Assembly: GCA_052390235.1 (NCBI GenBank)
Contig: JBQTHB010000002.1
Coordinates: 96,001-160,000 of the forward strand
DNA length: 64,000 nucleotides
Direction of reading: 5' to 3'
From: Deltaproteobacteria bacterium
Lineage (GTDB): Bacteria; Desulfobacterota_D; UBA1144; Nemesobacterales; CSP1-2
Shown here: positions 10,801 through 20,260 of the stretch, piece after piece
How the letters are laid out: each line of letters begins with the position of its first letter
Numbering within the stretch: the first letter of the stretch is position 1
Position numbers and translations under genes: made by a program
Notes under the pieces: model-generated
Told to the model about the DNA's origin: nothing
The model's input: the letters and a program-made list of their open reading frames with translations, nothing else
Databases searched by the model: none

Positions 10801-11922
10801 GTGAATTGGAAAATCGAGGGGCTCAAAAAGCTCGACTCCGTCATTGGCGGTATCGCTTCCCGTGTTGCTACGACTCTCATCAGCCCTAGGGCTGCGTCTC
10901 AACTCCCCCCCGGCGCGGTAAAAATCCTCGTCATCCGCCCCGGCGGAATTGGGGACGCCGCTCTGCTCTATCCCGCCCTCAGGGCACTCAGGGCGCATTT
11001 TGCCGCCGCGCGAATTGACGTTCTCGCCGAGAGGAGAAATTCCGGTATCCTGAGGGGCTGTCCATATCTCGACAACCTCATCGCTTACGACTCAAATCCC
11101 CTATCAACCCTCTTGCGAGTCATCAATCAGGGCTACGACATAGCGATTGACACAGAGCAGTGGCACAGGCTCAGCGCGCTCATTGCATATCTCACTAAAG
11201 CCCCGGCGAGGGTGGGGTTCGCCACGAGCGAGCGAGCGGCGCTGTTTACACATCCCGTAGCCTATAGCCAAGGCGAATACGAGGCTCAGAGTTTTCTCAA
11301 TCTCGCCTCGGCGGTTACGGGCACAAAATACGATTTTGATACGGCGCGCCCGTTCATTCCCCTTGATGCGGCGGCGGTTTCGAGGGCGCGCTCCGGGCTT
11401 GCTAGGCTCAGGCAAAATAGGCGTATTGCGGGGATATTTTACGGCGCAACTGTGCCTGAGCGCAGATGGGGAGTTGCCAAATTCAAAGAGCTTGCCGAGA
11501 GATTAATTGCCTCCGGCGCGCGCGTCGCCGTCCTCGGCGGAAGGGACGAGCTTCGGGATTCGGCTCAGTTTGGGGGGATGTTCCTATCGGGCGATGCGGC
11601 GGATTTCGTGGGTAAAACCTCGCTTGCCGAGACCGCGGCTTTAATTGCCGAGCTTGACCTCCTCGTAACGGGCGACACCGGCTTGCTCCACATCGCCTGC
11701 GGAGTCGGGACGCCGACAGTTTCCCTCTTCGGCGCGGGGATTGAGGCGAAGTGGTCTCCGAGGGGGCAAAATCACATTGCGATTAATAAAAATTTAGCCT
11801 GTAGCCCATGCACGAAATTCGGCTACACCCCCAAATGCCCATTCAGCGTGCAATGTCTCAGCGACATCGGGGTCGCGCAGGTCGCTGAGGCCGCGATGAG
11901 ACTGCTCGATATGAAAAACTGA
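10801..11922 (+). CDS. Glycosyltransferase family 9 (LPS heptosyltransferase-like)
   Basis: ILVIRPGGIGD, DLLVTGDTGLLHIA, PTVSLFG, C-terminal CSPC...CP...C. Confidence 0.88.
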   Translation: MNWKIEGLKKLDSVIGGIASRVATTLISPRAASQLPPGAVKILVIRPGGIGDAALLYPALRALRAHFAAARIDVLAERRNSGILRGCPYLDNLIAYDSNPLSTLLRVINQGYDIAIDTEQWHRLSALIAYLTKAPARVGFATSERAALFTHPVAYSQGEYEAQSFLNLASAVTGTKYDFDTARPFIPLDAAAVSRARSGLARLRQNRRIAGIFYGATVPERRWGVAKFKELAERLIASGARVAVLGGRDELRDSAQFGGMFLSGDAADFVGKTSLAETAALIAELDLLVTGDTGLLHIACGVGTPTVSLFGAGIEAKWSPRGQNHIAINKNLACSPCTKFGYTPKCPFSVQCLSDIGVAQVAEAAMRLLDMKN

Positions 11923-11966
11923 GGGGCGCGAGGGTTCAGCCCACCGCCCCATGATAAATTTGCCGA

Positions 11967-12851
11967 TTAAACCCCCTTGTCCTCAAGTCCCGGGGGAAGC
12001 TCGCCGTAGTAGGGGGAGCTTTCATTCTCATAAAGCGCGCGGATGTGTTCTTTGGGCATATCGGGCATTGCCTCGGTGAATCCGAACATACGGCAGATGT
12101 GCTTTAGCTCCTCTTCGCGTCCCGGAAGTGGATCCATGGGCTGGATGAGTCCTTGTGCCTTTAGTTGTTCCTTCACTTCGGCGTCTTCTTTGAGCGGAGC
12201 GCCGTATTCGTTAGAGTGAAAGAGCCTGTCGAAGCGCTTTCTCGGTCTCTGCCCCGGAGACTCAGCGGCGTACCCTACGGACATGAGCCAAATCGGGACG
12301 ACGTTCTCTGGAGTTCCAAGCACCTTCGGGAATTCCGCCGGTTTTCTCCCCGTGGCTAGGAGACAGCACCCAAGCCCAAGCTCCGTTGCGGCAAGCATGG
12401 AATGAGCTATTGCCTGTCCCGCCTCGATTCTGAGCAAGCTCTCGGCTCTGTCGCGGGGGAAGCTCATGAGGCGCGGATATGTAACCTCGGTTAGGAGCTT
12501 GTACGTCCACCCGTGGGCGACGCTGATTGCGCGCGCCGGAAACAGCACGGCGAACGACTGCACCAATTCCTTGTACCAAGCGTCCATATTCAGAAGCCAC
12601 GCTATCACAACCGGGGCTTGGCGCAGGTGAATCTCGTTAAACGGCGATGCGCACTCGACTATCTGCTCGAATTTCTCTTTCGGGTACGTTTTCTTGTCAA
12701 TCACTATTGCCTCGGTCGAGCCGCAGTTGCCCTGGCACGAGGCGTATCTTGCCGCCTGAAGCATGGCCTGAATTTTCCATTCCTCAACTGGCTTCCACGG
12801 TTTATAAAACCTAACGCTTCTCCTTGCGCCCATAGCTTCCATGAGTTCCAT
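11967..12851 (-). CDS. Nitroreductase-family protein with C-terminal extension
   Basis: RRSVRFY, AATELGLGCC, MSVGY; SD AGGAGG before ATG 12851; TTGACA promoter at 12904-12909. Confidence 0.8.
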   Translation of the reverse strand: MELMEAMGARRSVRFYKPWKPVEEWKIQAMLQAARYASCQGNCGSTEAIVIDKKTYPKEKFEQIVECASPFNEIHLRQAPVVIAWLLNMDAWYKELVQSFAVLFPARAISVAHGWTYKLLTEVTYPRLMSFPRDRAESLLRIEAGQAIAHSMLAATELGLGCCLLATGRKPAEFPKVLGTPENVVPIWLMSVGYAAESPGQRPRKRFDRLFHSNEYGAPLKEDAEVKEQLKAQGLIQPMDPLPGREEELKHICRMFGFTEAMPDMPKEHIRALYENESSPYYGELPPGLEDKGV

Positions 12852-12943
12852 TTTGGTGTTACCTCCTAAATTTTTTATCAATTAAAGCAACTCCCGCCGC
12901 CGATGTCAAGCAGTATTACCTCTCCATCACACCGCGCGCGCGG

Positions 12944-13582
12944 CTAAACCCCTCTGCGGTCGCCCCAGATGAGCTTGTGAAGCTGGGGGAGAATTCGCGC
13001 TTCGATGCCGTCCTCTAGGATTCGCTCGGCGATACGCTTTAAGTCCGAGCCGAAGACGGGCTGAAATATCGCCGCCGCTTGAATGCGGAATTTCCCAAGA
13101 ACACCCTTGGCGTATTCGTAGTCGGCTTCGTCTTGAATGACGAATTTAAGCTGGTCTTGGGGGCGGAGCCTTTCGAACAGGGAAAAATCCATTCGCCCCT
13201 CCATCCGCGAGCTAGGACACTTGCAATCCATGCTGATGAGACACCTCTCCTGCCAAAATACCGGCGGCGGCTCTTTATGCCCGCTCGTCTCAAGCACTAT
13301 GGCGTATCCCTCGCCAAGCAAATCCTCCGCGAGAATCTCAAGCTCCTTTTTCTGGATGAGCGGCTCTCCGCCGGTGAGGCACACCCTCCTGCATCCGAAG
13401 GCATCTATCCGGCGCTTGACCTCCTCAACCCCCATATTGCGGAAATCCCTGCCCTCGACGGCGTACATCGAGTCGCACCACGCACACCGAAGGTCGCAGG
13501 CAAAGAGGCGCACGAACACCGTCGGAAGCCCTATCTGAACCCCCTCGCCCTGGATTGAGAAGAAGATTTCGTTTATTTTCAT
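12944..13582 (-). CDS. queE: 7-carboxy-7-deazaguanine synthase (radical SAM)
   Basis: EIFFSIQGEG, CDLRCAWCD, LTGGEP, PQLHKLIWG; adjacent to queC. Confidence 0.9.
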   Translation of the reverse strand: MKINEIFFSIQGEGVQIGLPTVFVRLFACDLRCAWCDSMYAVEGRDFRNMGVEEVKRRIDAFGCRRVCLTGGEPLIQKKELEILAEDLLGEGYAIVLETSGHKEPPPVFWQERCLISMDCKCPSSRMEGRMDFSLFERLRPQDQLKFVIQDEADYEYAKGVLGKFRIQAAAIFQPVFGSDLKRIAERILEDGIEARILPQLHKLIWGDRRGV

Positions 13583-13692
13583 TTTCAAAGCCCTTCAATC
13601 TGCGCGATATAAGGCAACCTCAGCCCCATAAATTACGCTCTCGCCCCGCTAGGGCTGACAGATAGAGGAGAAATCCTATCCCGCGTTATGAA

Positions 13693-14370
13693 TTATCTCT
13701 CGTACTCGGTTGGGTCTATCAGCCCTGCATCCCAAAACGCGCGCTTTCTCTCCCTGCACGACGAACATACCCCGCAGTGCGCCGCGCCGCCCTTGTAGCA
13801 AGACCACGTCAAGGCTAATGGTACTCCTAGAGCCGCGCCAAGCCTCGCAATGTCGGATTTATTCATCTCCACAAACGGGGCAGAGATTACCAAGCCCGGC
13901 AAATCCGTGGCGAGTCTTGCGGCTTGCTCGAAAGCCTGTACGAATTCCCTGCGGCAGTCTGGATACACGCCCCTGTCCGAGTGGTGTGCGCCGAATAAAA
14001 CCCGCTCTGCGCCGATGCTTACGGCGTATCCGGTAGCAATGGACAGAAATATGGAGTTCCTATTGGGTACGATGGTCGTCTTGAGGGTTTCGTAATATTC
14101 CGAGGTCTCAGGCACTTCGGGGATGTCAACGGATGCGTCGGTGAGCGCCGAGCCTCGGAGGATTTCCCCTAGCGCTGAGAGGTCTATCACCTTGTGGGAG
14201 ACACCGAGAGCGGAGCAAATTTTACGGGCGGACTCAATTTCACGCTCATGCTTCTGCCCGTAGAGGAACGTTAGCGCGAGCGTCTCAAAACCCTCGGATA
14301 CGGTTTTATGGAGCAGAGCCGCGCTGTCTAGTCCTCCAGATACGATAACTACGGCTTTTGTTCTCGGCAT
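13693..14370 (-). CDS. queC: 7-cyano-7-deazaguanine synthase
   Basis: SGGLDS, YGQKH, VPNRN, YPDCR, TWSCY...HCGVCSSC. Confidence 0.95.
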   Translation of the reverse strand: MPRTKAVVIVSGGLDSAALLHKTVSEGFETLALTFLYGQKHEREIESARKICSALGVSHKVIDLSALGEILRGSALTDASVDIPEVPETSEYYETLKTTIVPNRNSIFLSIATGYAVSIGAERVLFGAHHSDRGVYPDCRREFVQAFEQAARLATDLPGLVISAPFVEMNKSDIARLGAALGVPLALTWSCYKGGAAHCGVCSSCRERKRAFWDAGLIDPTEYER

Positions 14371-14436
14371 CCCGCTTTAATCTATACGACTTAGCGAGCA
14401 TGGACAAGAGCCGTCCTGCCGCCCGCCGCCTCGGTT

Positions 14437-16650
14437 CTATTGGGGTTTAGGCGACGTTTCGCGGTTTTTTACTATCGTATCGAAGAAGTCGTCGAGCTTG
14501 CCCTCAAGGTCGTCAACCCTCTTTATCACGTCCTGAATGCGCGTGTCAACCTCTTCGGCTTCGAGGTCAATGTCCGGGCATTTTTTCCATTCGATGATAT
14601 GGCTTTTAATGTGGTCAAATGCCTCGCGCATGGATTTCATATCGTTCGATATGCCGGCGACACTCACCGCGATTTCCTTCTTCTCCCTCTCGCGTTTGAC
14701 GTACCCTAGCCAAAACACGGCGAATAGGCACGCGGCCAGGAGTATCCCCTGCGCAAGTAGGGTTTCCACTGTGGGATATATCCCAAGCAAATCAATTTGA
14801 GGGAAGCCGTCAACCGGGCTGATGCCTATGACCCCCGCCTCCTGAAACTCCCTAATCCCCTTGCCGAGAAGCACAAACGAGAGGAAATACAGAAACGAGC
14901 TTGTAACGCTGAAGAAGTATTTAAGCGGCACGCGAAGCCCCAGCTTAAATATCACGACAACCAGAACCAGCAGTATCCCCCCTCCCGCCACGATTCCCCA
15001 CACGACGGCGTCTCTGGAATTTTCGGCTTGAATCCAGAGCGCCTGATAGAACAGCACCGTCTCGAACGCCTCTCTATAGACGGCAAAGAACGATACGCTT
15101 GCCAGGGCGAATACGCTTTTTTTCGTCAGCGCCTCTTTAACCTTGCCCTGAATGTAGTCTTTCCACCTTTTAACCTCGATTTTCGTGATGAGCCAGTAGC
15201 TCACCCAAAACAGCGCTGCCGACGCAATGAGCGACGTTGCCCCTTCGATGATTTCCCTCTGCGCGCCACTGATGGAAATCACGGTCTGCGCCAATACCCA
15301 AGTAACAAAACCCGCCGCGAGAGCCGAAATCCAGCCTATGTGAATGTACTTGACCGCTTCCCTTGCCCCCGTAACCGAGAGATATGCAATAACCGCCGCT
15401 ACGATTAAAGCCGCCTCCAGCCCCTCCCTGAGGATTATCGCCAGCGAGTTGAGGAATGAAAATACCTTGCTCAGCGGTTTTGCGTCCTGAAGTTTTATTG
15501 TCGCTCGCTCTAGGTTCGCCCCAATTTCCGCCCCTAGAGCCTCTACCTCGGAGACAGGCCTGCCGGTTTTAATGAACCCTCTCAGATTGGCAAACTGCCC
15601 CTCCAGGGTCAAGACCAAATCCGAATCCTTTACGCGAAGCTCCGATTCCACCTGCTCAAACCCCTCGAGATAGGCGTCGAGCGCGTTTGTGTATGCGTCT
15701 TCTCGGTTGCCGTTTTTATATAGCTCGACCGACTGTTTGGAGAAATTTTTCGCCGCCAAAAGCGGGTCTCCTCCGCCTCCCGTGCTTCCGCCAGCGGGGG
15801 GAGGAGCGGAAAGCGCCCCTGTTCTGAGGTAGGCGAGCGCGCCAGGCATATCCTCGTCCGAGACGGAGGATTGCTTGAGGGTATCGGCAATTTCGTCGTC
15901 CGATGAAGCAGAGAGGGTTTTATAATCTCTCATTGCGGCGGGAATTTCGCTCTTATCGGCAAGCTGTCTCCCCGCTATTCTCTCTTCAGCCGTGAACTTA
16001 AGCGATGCGACGTAAAAACCGATATTCCATTTATCCTCGTCTGAGAGCTGAGGAAACGCGGGCATGGCGGTGCCTTCGATGCCGTAGTTCGCGGTGTTGA
16101 AGACCTTAAATGGCGAAAGCCCGGAGGCAAAGCTCCTGTCGGTGAAATCCGCGGGTTGGGGATTCATCCCCCCTGCTAATAAGCCGTCTCCTCCACCAGA
16201 TACCCCGTGGCACATGGCGCAGTTCTGCTCGTAGAGCCGCATTCCCTCGGCAGGAGCAGGCTGGTTTTTTGGGTAGGTGGCGATGGAGTAGGTCGCAATT
16301 AGTTTTTCTTTGATGGATTTTGATATTGACTCGACTTCGGCGGGAGCGGCTTTGGAGTCAATTCTGCGCTTCAGGTCAAGGACGAGCGCTTCGATGCTGG
16401 CTCTATCGCCGCCCGCAGATTTCATCAATTCGAGGAGCTTGAGCGAATCCGCCGAGAATCCGAGCATCTCCTCGTATTCAATGTCGCTTATGATGTTGCC
16501 GTCTGCAATGGCGTTTTTATAGTCCCCCCCGACGTAGTCAACTATCGAGAGGATGCGCTTTGCCTCTCTCTCGGATGCAAATGACGCGGAGGCTAGACAC
16601 AGGATGAGCGCGACGCTCGCCGCCGCATTTAATAATCTGCCGATATTCAT
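14437..16650 (-). CDS. Cytochrome c / FTR1-family iron permease fusion
   Basis: Signal peptide, heme motif CAMCH, two RExxE motifs (REGLE, REAFE) in a multi-TM domain. Confidence 0.88.
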   Translation of the reverse strand: MNIGRLLNAAASVALILCLASASFASEREAKRILSIVDYVGGDYKNAIADGNIISDIEYEEMLGFSADSLKLLELMKSAGGDRASIEALVLDLKRRIDSKAAPAEVESISKSIKEKLIATYSIATYPKNQPAPAEGMRLYEQNCAMCHGVSGGGDGLLAGGMNPQPADFTDRSFASGLSPFKVFNTANYGIEGTAMPAFPQLSDEDKWNIGFYVASLKFTAEERIAGRQLADKSEIPAAMRDYKTLSASSDDEIADTLKQSSVSDEDMPGALAYLRTGALSAPPPAGGSTGGGGDPLLAAKNFSKQSVELYKNGNREDAYTNALDAYLEGFEQVESELRVKDSDLVLTLEGQFANLRGFIKTGRPVSEVEALGAEIGANLERATIKLQDAKPLSKVFSFLNSLAIILREGLEAALIVAAVIAYLSVTGAREAVKYIHIGWISALAAGFVTWVLAQTVISISGAQREIIEGATSLIASAALFWVSYWLITKIEVKRWKDYIQGKVKEALTKKSVFALASVSFFAVYREAFETVLFYQALWIQAENSRDAVVWGIVAGGGILLVLVVVIFKLGLRVPLKYFFSVTSSFLYFLSFVLLGKGIREFQEAGVIGISPVDGFPQIDLLGIYPTVETLLAQGILLAACLFAVFWLGYVKREREKKEIAVSVAGISNDMKSMREAFDHIKSHIIEWKKCPDIDLEAEEVDTRIQDVIKRVDDLEGKLDDFFDTIVKNRETSPKPQ

Positions 16651-16686
16651 TCTGCCGCCCCCTCCGTTATCATGAACTGACGAAAC

Positions 16687-16701
16687 TGAAACTGATTATC
16701 A
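16687..16701. promoter_or_regulatory. Probable Fur box upstream of the iron permease
   Basis: TGAAACT-G-ATTATCA versus the 7-1-7 consensus TGATAAT-N-ATTATCA; lies between a minus-strand TTGACA-N16-TAACCT promoter (16722-16749) and the start codon. Confidence 0.7.
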
Positions 16702-16810
16702 AATTGCCGGTAACAATTCTGAGGTTACCACGCGGGGTATTTATGTCAACAACTAGCCCTCCGTGCGCCATTTGAAATAACTTGGCTCAGATAGTAAAAT
16801 CTCTACTGTT

Positions 16811-17269
16811 ATGAGAGCGATTAGATCCAATGTGTTTATTGAAGAGATGAAGCCCGAAGACCTCGACGAGGTTCTGCTCATCGAGAGATCCTCATTTCCC
16901 TCGCCTTGGCCCAGGCGGATATTCGAGATGGAACTCAAGACTCGGCGCTCGTTTAAGTGCGTCTCAAGGGTCGGCGGCGCTGTAGCGGGGTACATCATCG
17001 CTTGGATAATTTACGACGAGGGGCATATATTAAATGTCGCCGTTCATCCCGACTTCAGGCGGCTCGGCATCGGGGAGGCTCTAATGAGAGAGTGCCTCGG
17101 CTACTTCACACGAAAGTCCGTGAAATACGCTATTTTAGAGGTAAGGCGGTCTAACCTCGGCGCGATAACTCTATATGAAAAATTGGGATTTAACCCCGTC
17201 GGCGTGAGAAAGAGCTATTACTCCGACACCGAAGAAGACGCGATAGTGATGATGCTCGATTTTGAATAG
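16811..17269 (+). CDS. rimI: Ribosomal protein S18 alanine N-acetyltransferase
   Basis: HILNVAVHPDFRRLGIG, LEVRRSN, LYEKLGF, RKSYYSDTEEDAIVM. Confidence 0.9.
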   Translation: MRAIRSNVFIEEMKPEDLDEVLLIERSSFPSPWPRRIFEMELKTRRSFKCVSRVGGAVAGYIIAWIIYDEGHILNVAVHPDFRRLGIGEALMRECLGYFTRKSVKYAILEVRRSNLGAITLYEKLGFNPVGVRKSYYSDTEEDAIVMMLDFE

Positions 17270-17288
17270 CAGGCGCGACTTTCCCATA

Positions 17289-18932
17289 TCACCCAGCTTT
17301 TGCGCCCCCTTTGTACCGCCCATAGACCTTCTCCATGGCGCGGGTCATCTCGCCGATAGTGGCGTAGTCCCTCACGGCCTCGACGATACACGGCATGATG
17401 TTTCTGCCCGCTCTTGCCGCCTCAGTGAGTTTCCGCAGGTCTGATTGCACTTTAGCGTTATTCCTATTGGCTCTGAGGTGTTTGAGCCTCCGGGCTTTGA
17501 TTTCCTCGATATTCGGGTTGATTTTGAGAATATCCACGGGCGATTCGCTGGCGTTGGTGAAATCGTTTACGCCCACGATAACGCGCTCCCTGCCCTCGAC
17601 TTCGAGCTGATACCTGTAGGACGCCTCTTCGATTTCCTGATTGATGTATCCCTCTTCGATGCACTTTATCATGCCGCCCCGACGGTCAATCTCTTGGATA
17701 TATCTCACAGCTTCCCGCTCGATTCTATCCGTAAGCGACTCAATGGCGTAAGACCCTGCAAGCGGGTCAACGGTGTCTGCGGCTTGGCTCTCATGGGCGA
17801 TGACCTGCTGAGTGCGGAGCGCAATGGTTGCCGCCTCTTCCGAGGGCAGGGCTAGGGCTTCGTCAAAGGAGTTTGTGTGGAGGGATTGAGTGCCTCCCAG
17901 TACTGCGGCGAGGGCTTGAATCGTAACGCGCATTATGTTGTTTCGCGGCTGCTGAGCGGTGAGCGTAACGCCGGAGGTTTGAGAATGCACCCTGAAGATG
18001 CAGGCTCTGGGGTCTTTGGCGCGGAATCTCTCGCGCATGATTTTTGCCCACAGCCTTCGCGCCGCCCTGTATTTTGCAATCTCCTCCAAAAAATTATTGT
18101 GGACGGCGAAAAAAAACGAGACGCGCTCGGCTATTTTTTCAACGTCAATCCCCCTTGCCTGCGCCCGCTCTAAATAGGCTATCCCGTCGGCGAGCATAAA
18201 TGCCACCTCCTGCACCGCTGTAGAGCCTGCCTCTCTCATGTGATAGCCGCTTACGCTGATGGGATTCCACTTAGTGATTTTATCGCGGCAGTACTCCATT
18301 ACGTCAATTGTGATTTTCACCGAAGGCTCAGGGGGGAACACATAAGTCCCTCTGGCGATGAACTCTTTGAGGAGGTCATTTTGAGTCGTGCCTTGAATCC
18401 TGTCCGCGCTGACTCCCTGCTTTTCCGCCGCCACCATGTACATTGCAAGGAGCATCGAAGCCGTTGAGTTTATCGTCATTGATGTGCTGACTTCCCCAAG
18501 CGGGATGCCGCCAAAGAGGATTTCCACATCCTCAAGCGAGTCTATCGCCACGCCCACGCGCCCGACCTCGCCCTTGCTCATAGGCTCGTCCGAGTCGTAG
18601 CCCATCTGAGTCGGCAGGTCAAAGGCGACGCTTAAGCCCGTTTGCCCCTGCGCAAGTAGGTATTTAAAGCGCTCGTTGGTCTCCTCAGCCGTGCCGAATC
18701 CCGCGTATTGGCGCATTGTCCAGAGCCGTCCGCGAAACATCGTCGGTTGAACCCCGCGCGTGAAGGGGAACTCGCCCGGGTAGCCGATGTCGGATTCATA
18801 ATCAATTTGAGCCACGTCCTCCGGGGTGTAGAGCCTATCTATCTCTATGCCCGAGGGGGTTGTGAAATTTCGTTTTCTCTCTTTGAGATTCTTACCCGCT
18901 CTACTTTCCCAATCGCTTTTTTTCGATGTCAT
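17289..18932 (-). CDS. Methylmalonyl-CoA mutase, substrate-binding (large) subunit of a split enzyme
   Basis: [37 protein letters not shown]; no DxHxxG B12-binding domain. Confidence 0.88.
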   Translation of the reverse strand: MTSKKSDWESRAGKNLKERKRNFTTPSGIEIDRLYTPEDVAQIDYESDIGYPGEFPFTRGVQPTMFRGRLWTMRQYAGFGTAEETNERFKYLLAQGQTGLSVAFDLPTQMGYDSDEPMSKGEVGRVGVAIDSLEDVEILFGGIPLGEVSTSMTINSTASMLLAMYMVAAEKQGVSADRIQGTTQNDLLKEFIARGTYVFPPEPSVKITIDVMEYCRDKITKWNPISVSGYHMREAGSTAVQEVAFMLADGIAYLERAQARGIDVEKIAERVSFFFAVHNNFLEEIAKYRAARRLWAKIMRERFRAKDPRACIFRVHSQTSGVTLTAQQPRNNIMRVTIQALAAVLGGTQSLHTNSFDEALALPSEEAATIALRTQQVIAHESQAADTVDPLAGSYAIESLTDRIEREAVRYIQEIDRRGGMIKCIEEGYINQEIEEASYRYQLEVEGRERVIVGVNDFTNASESPVDILKINPNIEEIKARRLKHLRANRNNAKVQSDLRKLTEAARAGRNIMPCIVEAVRDYATIGEMTRAMEKVYGRYKGGAKAG

Positions 18933-19098
18933 TTTTTTCCGAGACCTTGCTGTTCTGGGATTTTTATATAGGAGACCAAAAAAGCGGCTCCCTCATACGG
19001 AGCTTAGACGCACGGTCTGCCCTGCGGATAAGCCGGCGGGGATTATTTTACCTTGATTTTGCGGGAGGAATAGAGTGATAAATTATGCGGCGCCCGAG

Positions 19099-20076
19099 TT
19101 ATTTCCGTCTTATTAGGACGTAGTCGGCAAGCGAGGCGAGGGATTCTCTGTAGCCGCTCTCGGGGATGGCGGCGATGGCGCTCTTGGCTTTTTCGATGAA
19201 CCCCTCGGCGCGTCTGAGCGTTCTGTCCACGCCTCTATATCTCTGGACAACGGCGAGGATAAATTGGACGTCCTCCTCGGGGGCGTCTTTGCCGAGCAGA
19301 GCGAGGGTTTTTACCCTTTCCTCGTTAGATGCGCCTTCGAGGGCATAGACGAGGGGGAGGGTGAGTTTGCCTTCTTTGAGGTCCTGCCCTATGGTTTTGC
19401 CGAATTCTCCCTGGTCGGCGGAGTAATCTAGCGCGTCGTCCACTATCTGAAAGGCAGCGCCGAGGTTAAATCCGTATTCGCCGAGAGCCGAGACCGACCT
19501 CTCATCCGCGCGGGCTAGGATTGCCCCCACTTTGGCGCAGGCTTCAATGAGCGATGCCGTCTTATTCTCGATAATATCGAAGCAGAGCCTCTCGGAGATC
19601 TCCAGCATATTATTAGCCACCATCACCTCAAACACCTGCCCTTCAGCGAGTTTCGCAGATGCGTCGGTTACGGCTTTTATCACCTCAAGGCTCCCGCAGG
19701 ACGAAATTAGCCACAGAGCGCGGGCGAGCATAAAATCCCCCACAAGCACGCTCGGCTTGCTCCCCCATACGAGGTTCGATGCGACCCTGCCGCGCCGTAT
19801 CTGGGCATCGTCAACCACGTCGTCGTGCAAAAGCGTCGCCGTGTGAATAAGCTCAAGCGACACCGAAGAGGCTATCCGCTCGCGCCCGCCTGTAAGCCCC
19901 ATCGCTCCGCTTGCGAGAAGCACAACCGCCGGGCGCACACGCTTCCCCCCGCTCCCGAGTATGTAGCGGCAGATTTCATGCACCAGAGGCACGGGAGATT
20001 CAATATTGCCCGTGAGGTGATTCTCCACCTCTGCTAAGTCGGGAGCTATTATCTCAATGATTTCCGATAGTTCCAT
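19099..20076 (-). CDS. ispB: Long-chain polyprenyl diphosphate synthase (IspB-like)
   Basis: GGKRVRP, LLHDDVVD, FQIVDDALD, GKLTLP. Confidence 0.85.
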   Translation of the reverse strand: MELSEIIEIIAPDLAEVENHLTGNIESPVPLVHEICRYILGSGGKRVRPAVVLLASGAMGLTGGRERIASSVSLELIHTATLLHDDVVDDAQIRRGRVASNLVWGSKPSVLVGDFMLARALWLISSCGSLEVIKAVTDASAKLAEGQVFEVMVANNMLEISERLCFDIIENKTASLIEACAKVGAILARADERSVSALGEYGFNLGAAFQIVDDALDYSADQGEFGKTIGQDLKEGKLTLPLVYALEGASNEERVKTLALLGKDAPEEDVQFILAVVQRYRGVDRTLRRAEGFIEKAKSAIAAIPESGYRESLASLADYVLIRRK

Positions 20077-20260
20077 ACCCGTTTTAAGTTATCTGAATGA
20101 GCAGAATAAGTCAAAAATTTAGAGTATCGTTTTTTGCGCGGATTCCCCCAGTCCTGAACGCGTAGCCCCGAGACTGCCTGCTTTCAGCTTGGAATACGCG
20201 TCTTTTGGGGGATGCGCATCTTGAATCTGCCCTGCTCAATCCTGTATCATGAATTCATAG

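Noticed and set aside
12944..14370. queC/queE as Dpd or QatC-type defence genes
   Set aside because: Canonical lengths and motifs, host-like composition, no dpdA or qat neighbours.
13589..14436. preQ1 riboswitch near queC/queE
   Set aside because: No preQ1 stem with A-rich tail; queC appears to have almost no leader.
18933..19098. Cobalamin riboswitch upstream of the mutase
   Set aside because: No GCCACTG/GGGAAG B12-box and the region is short.
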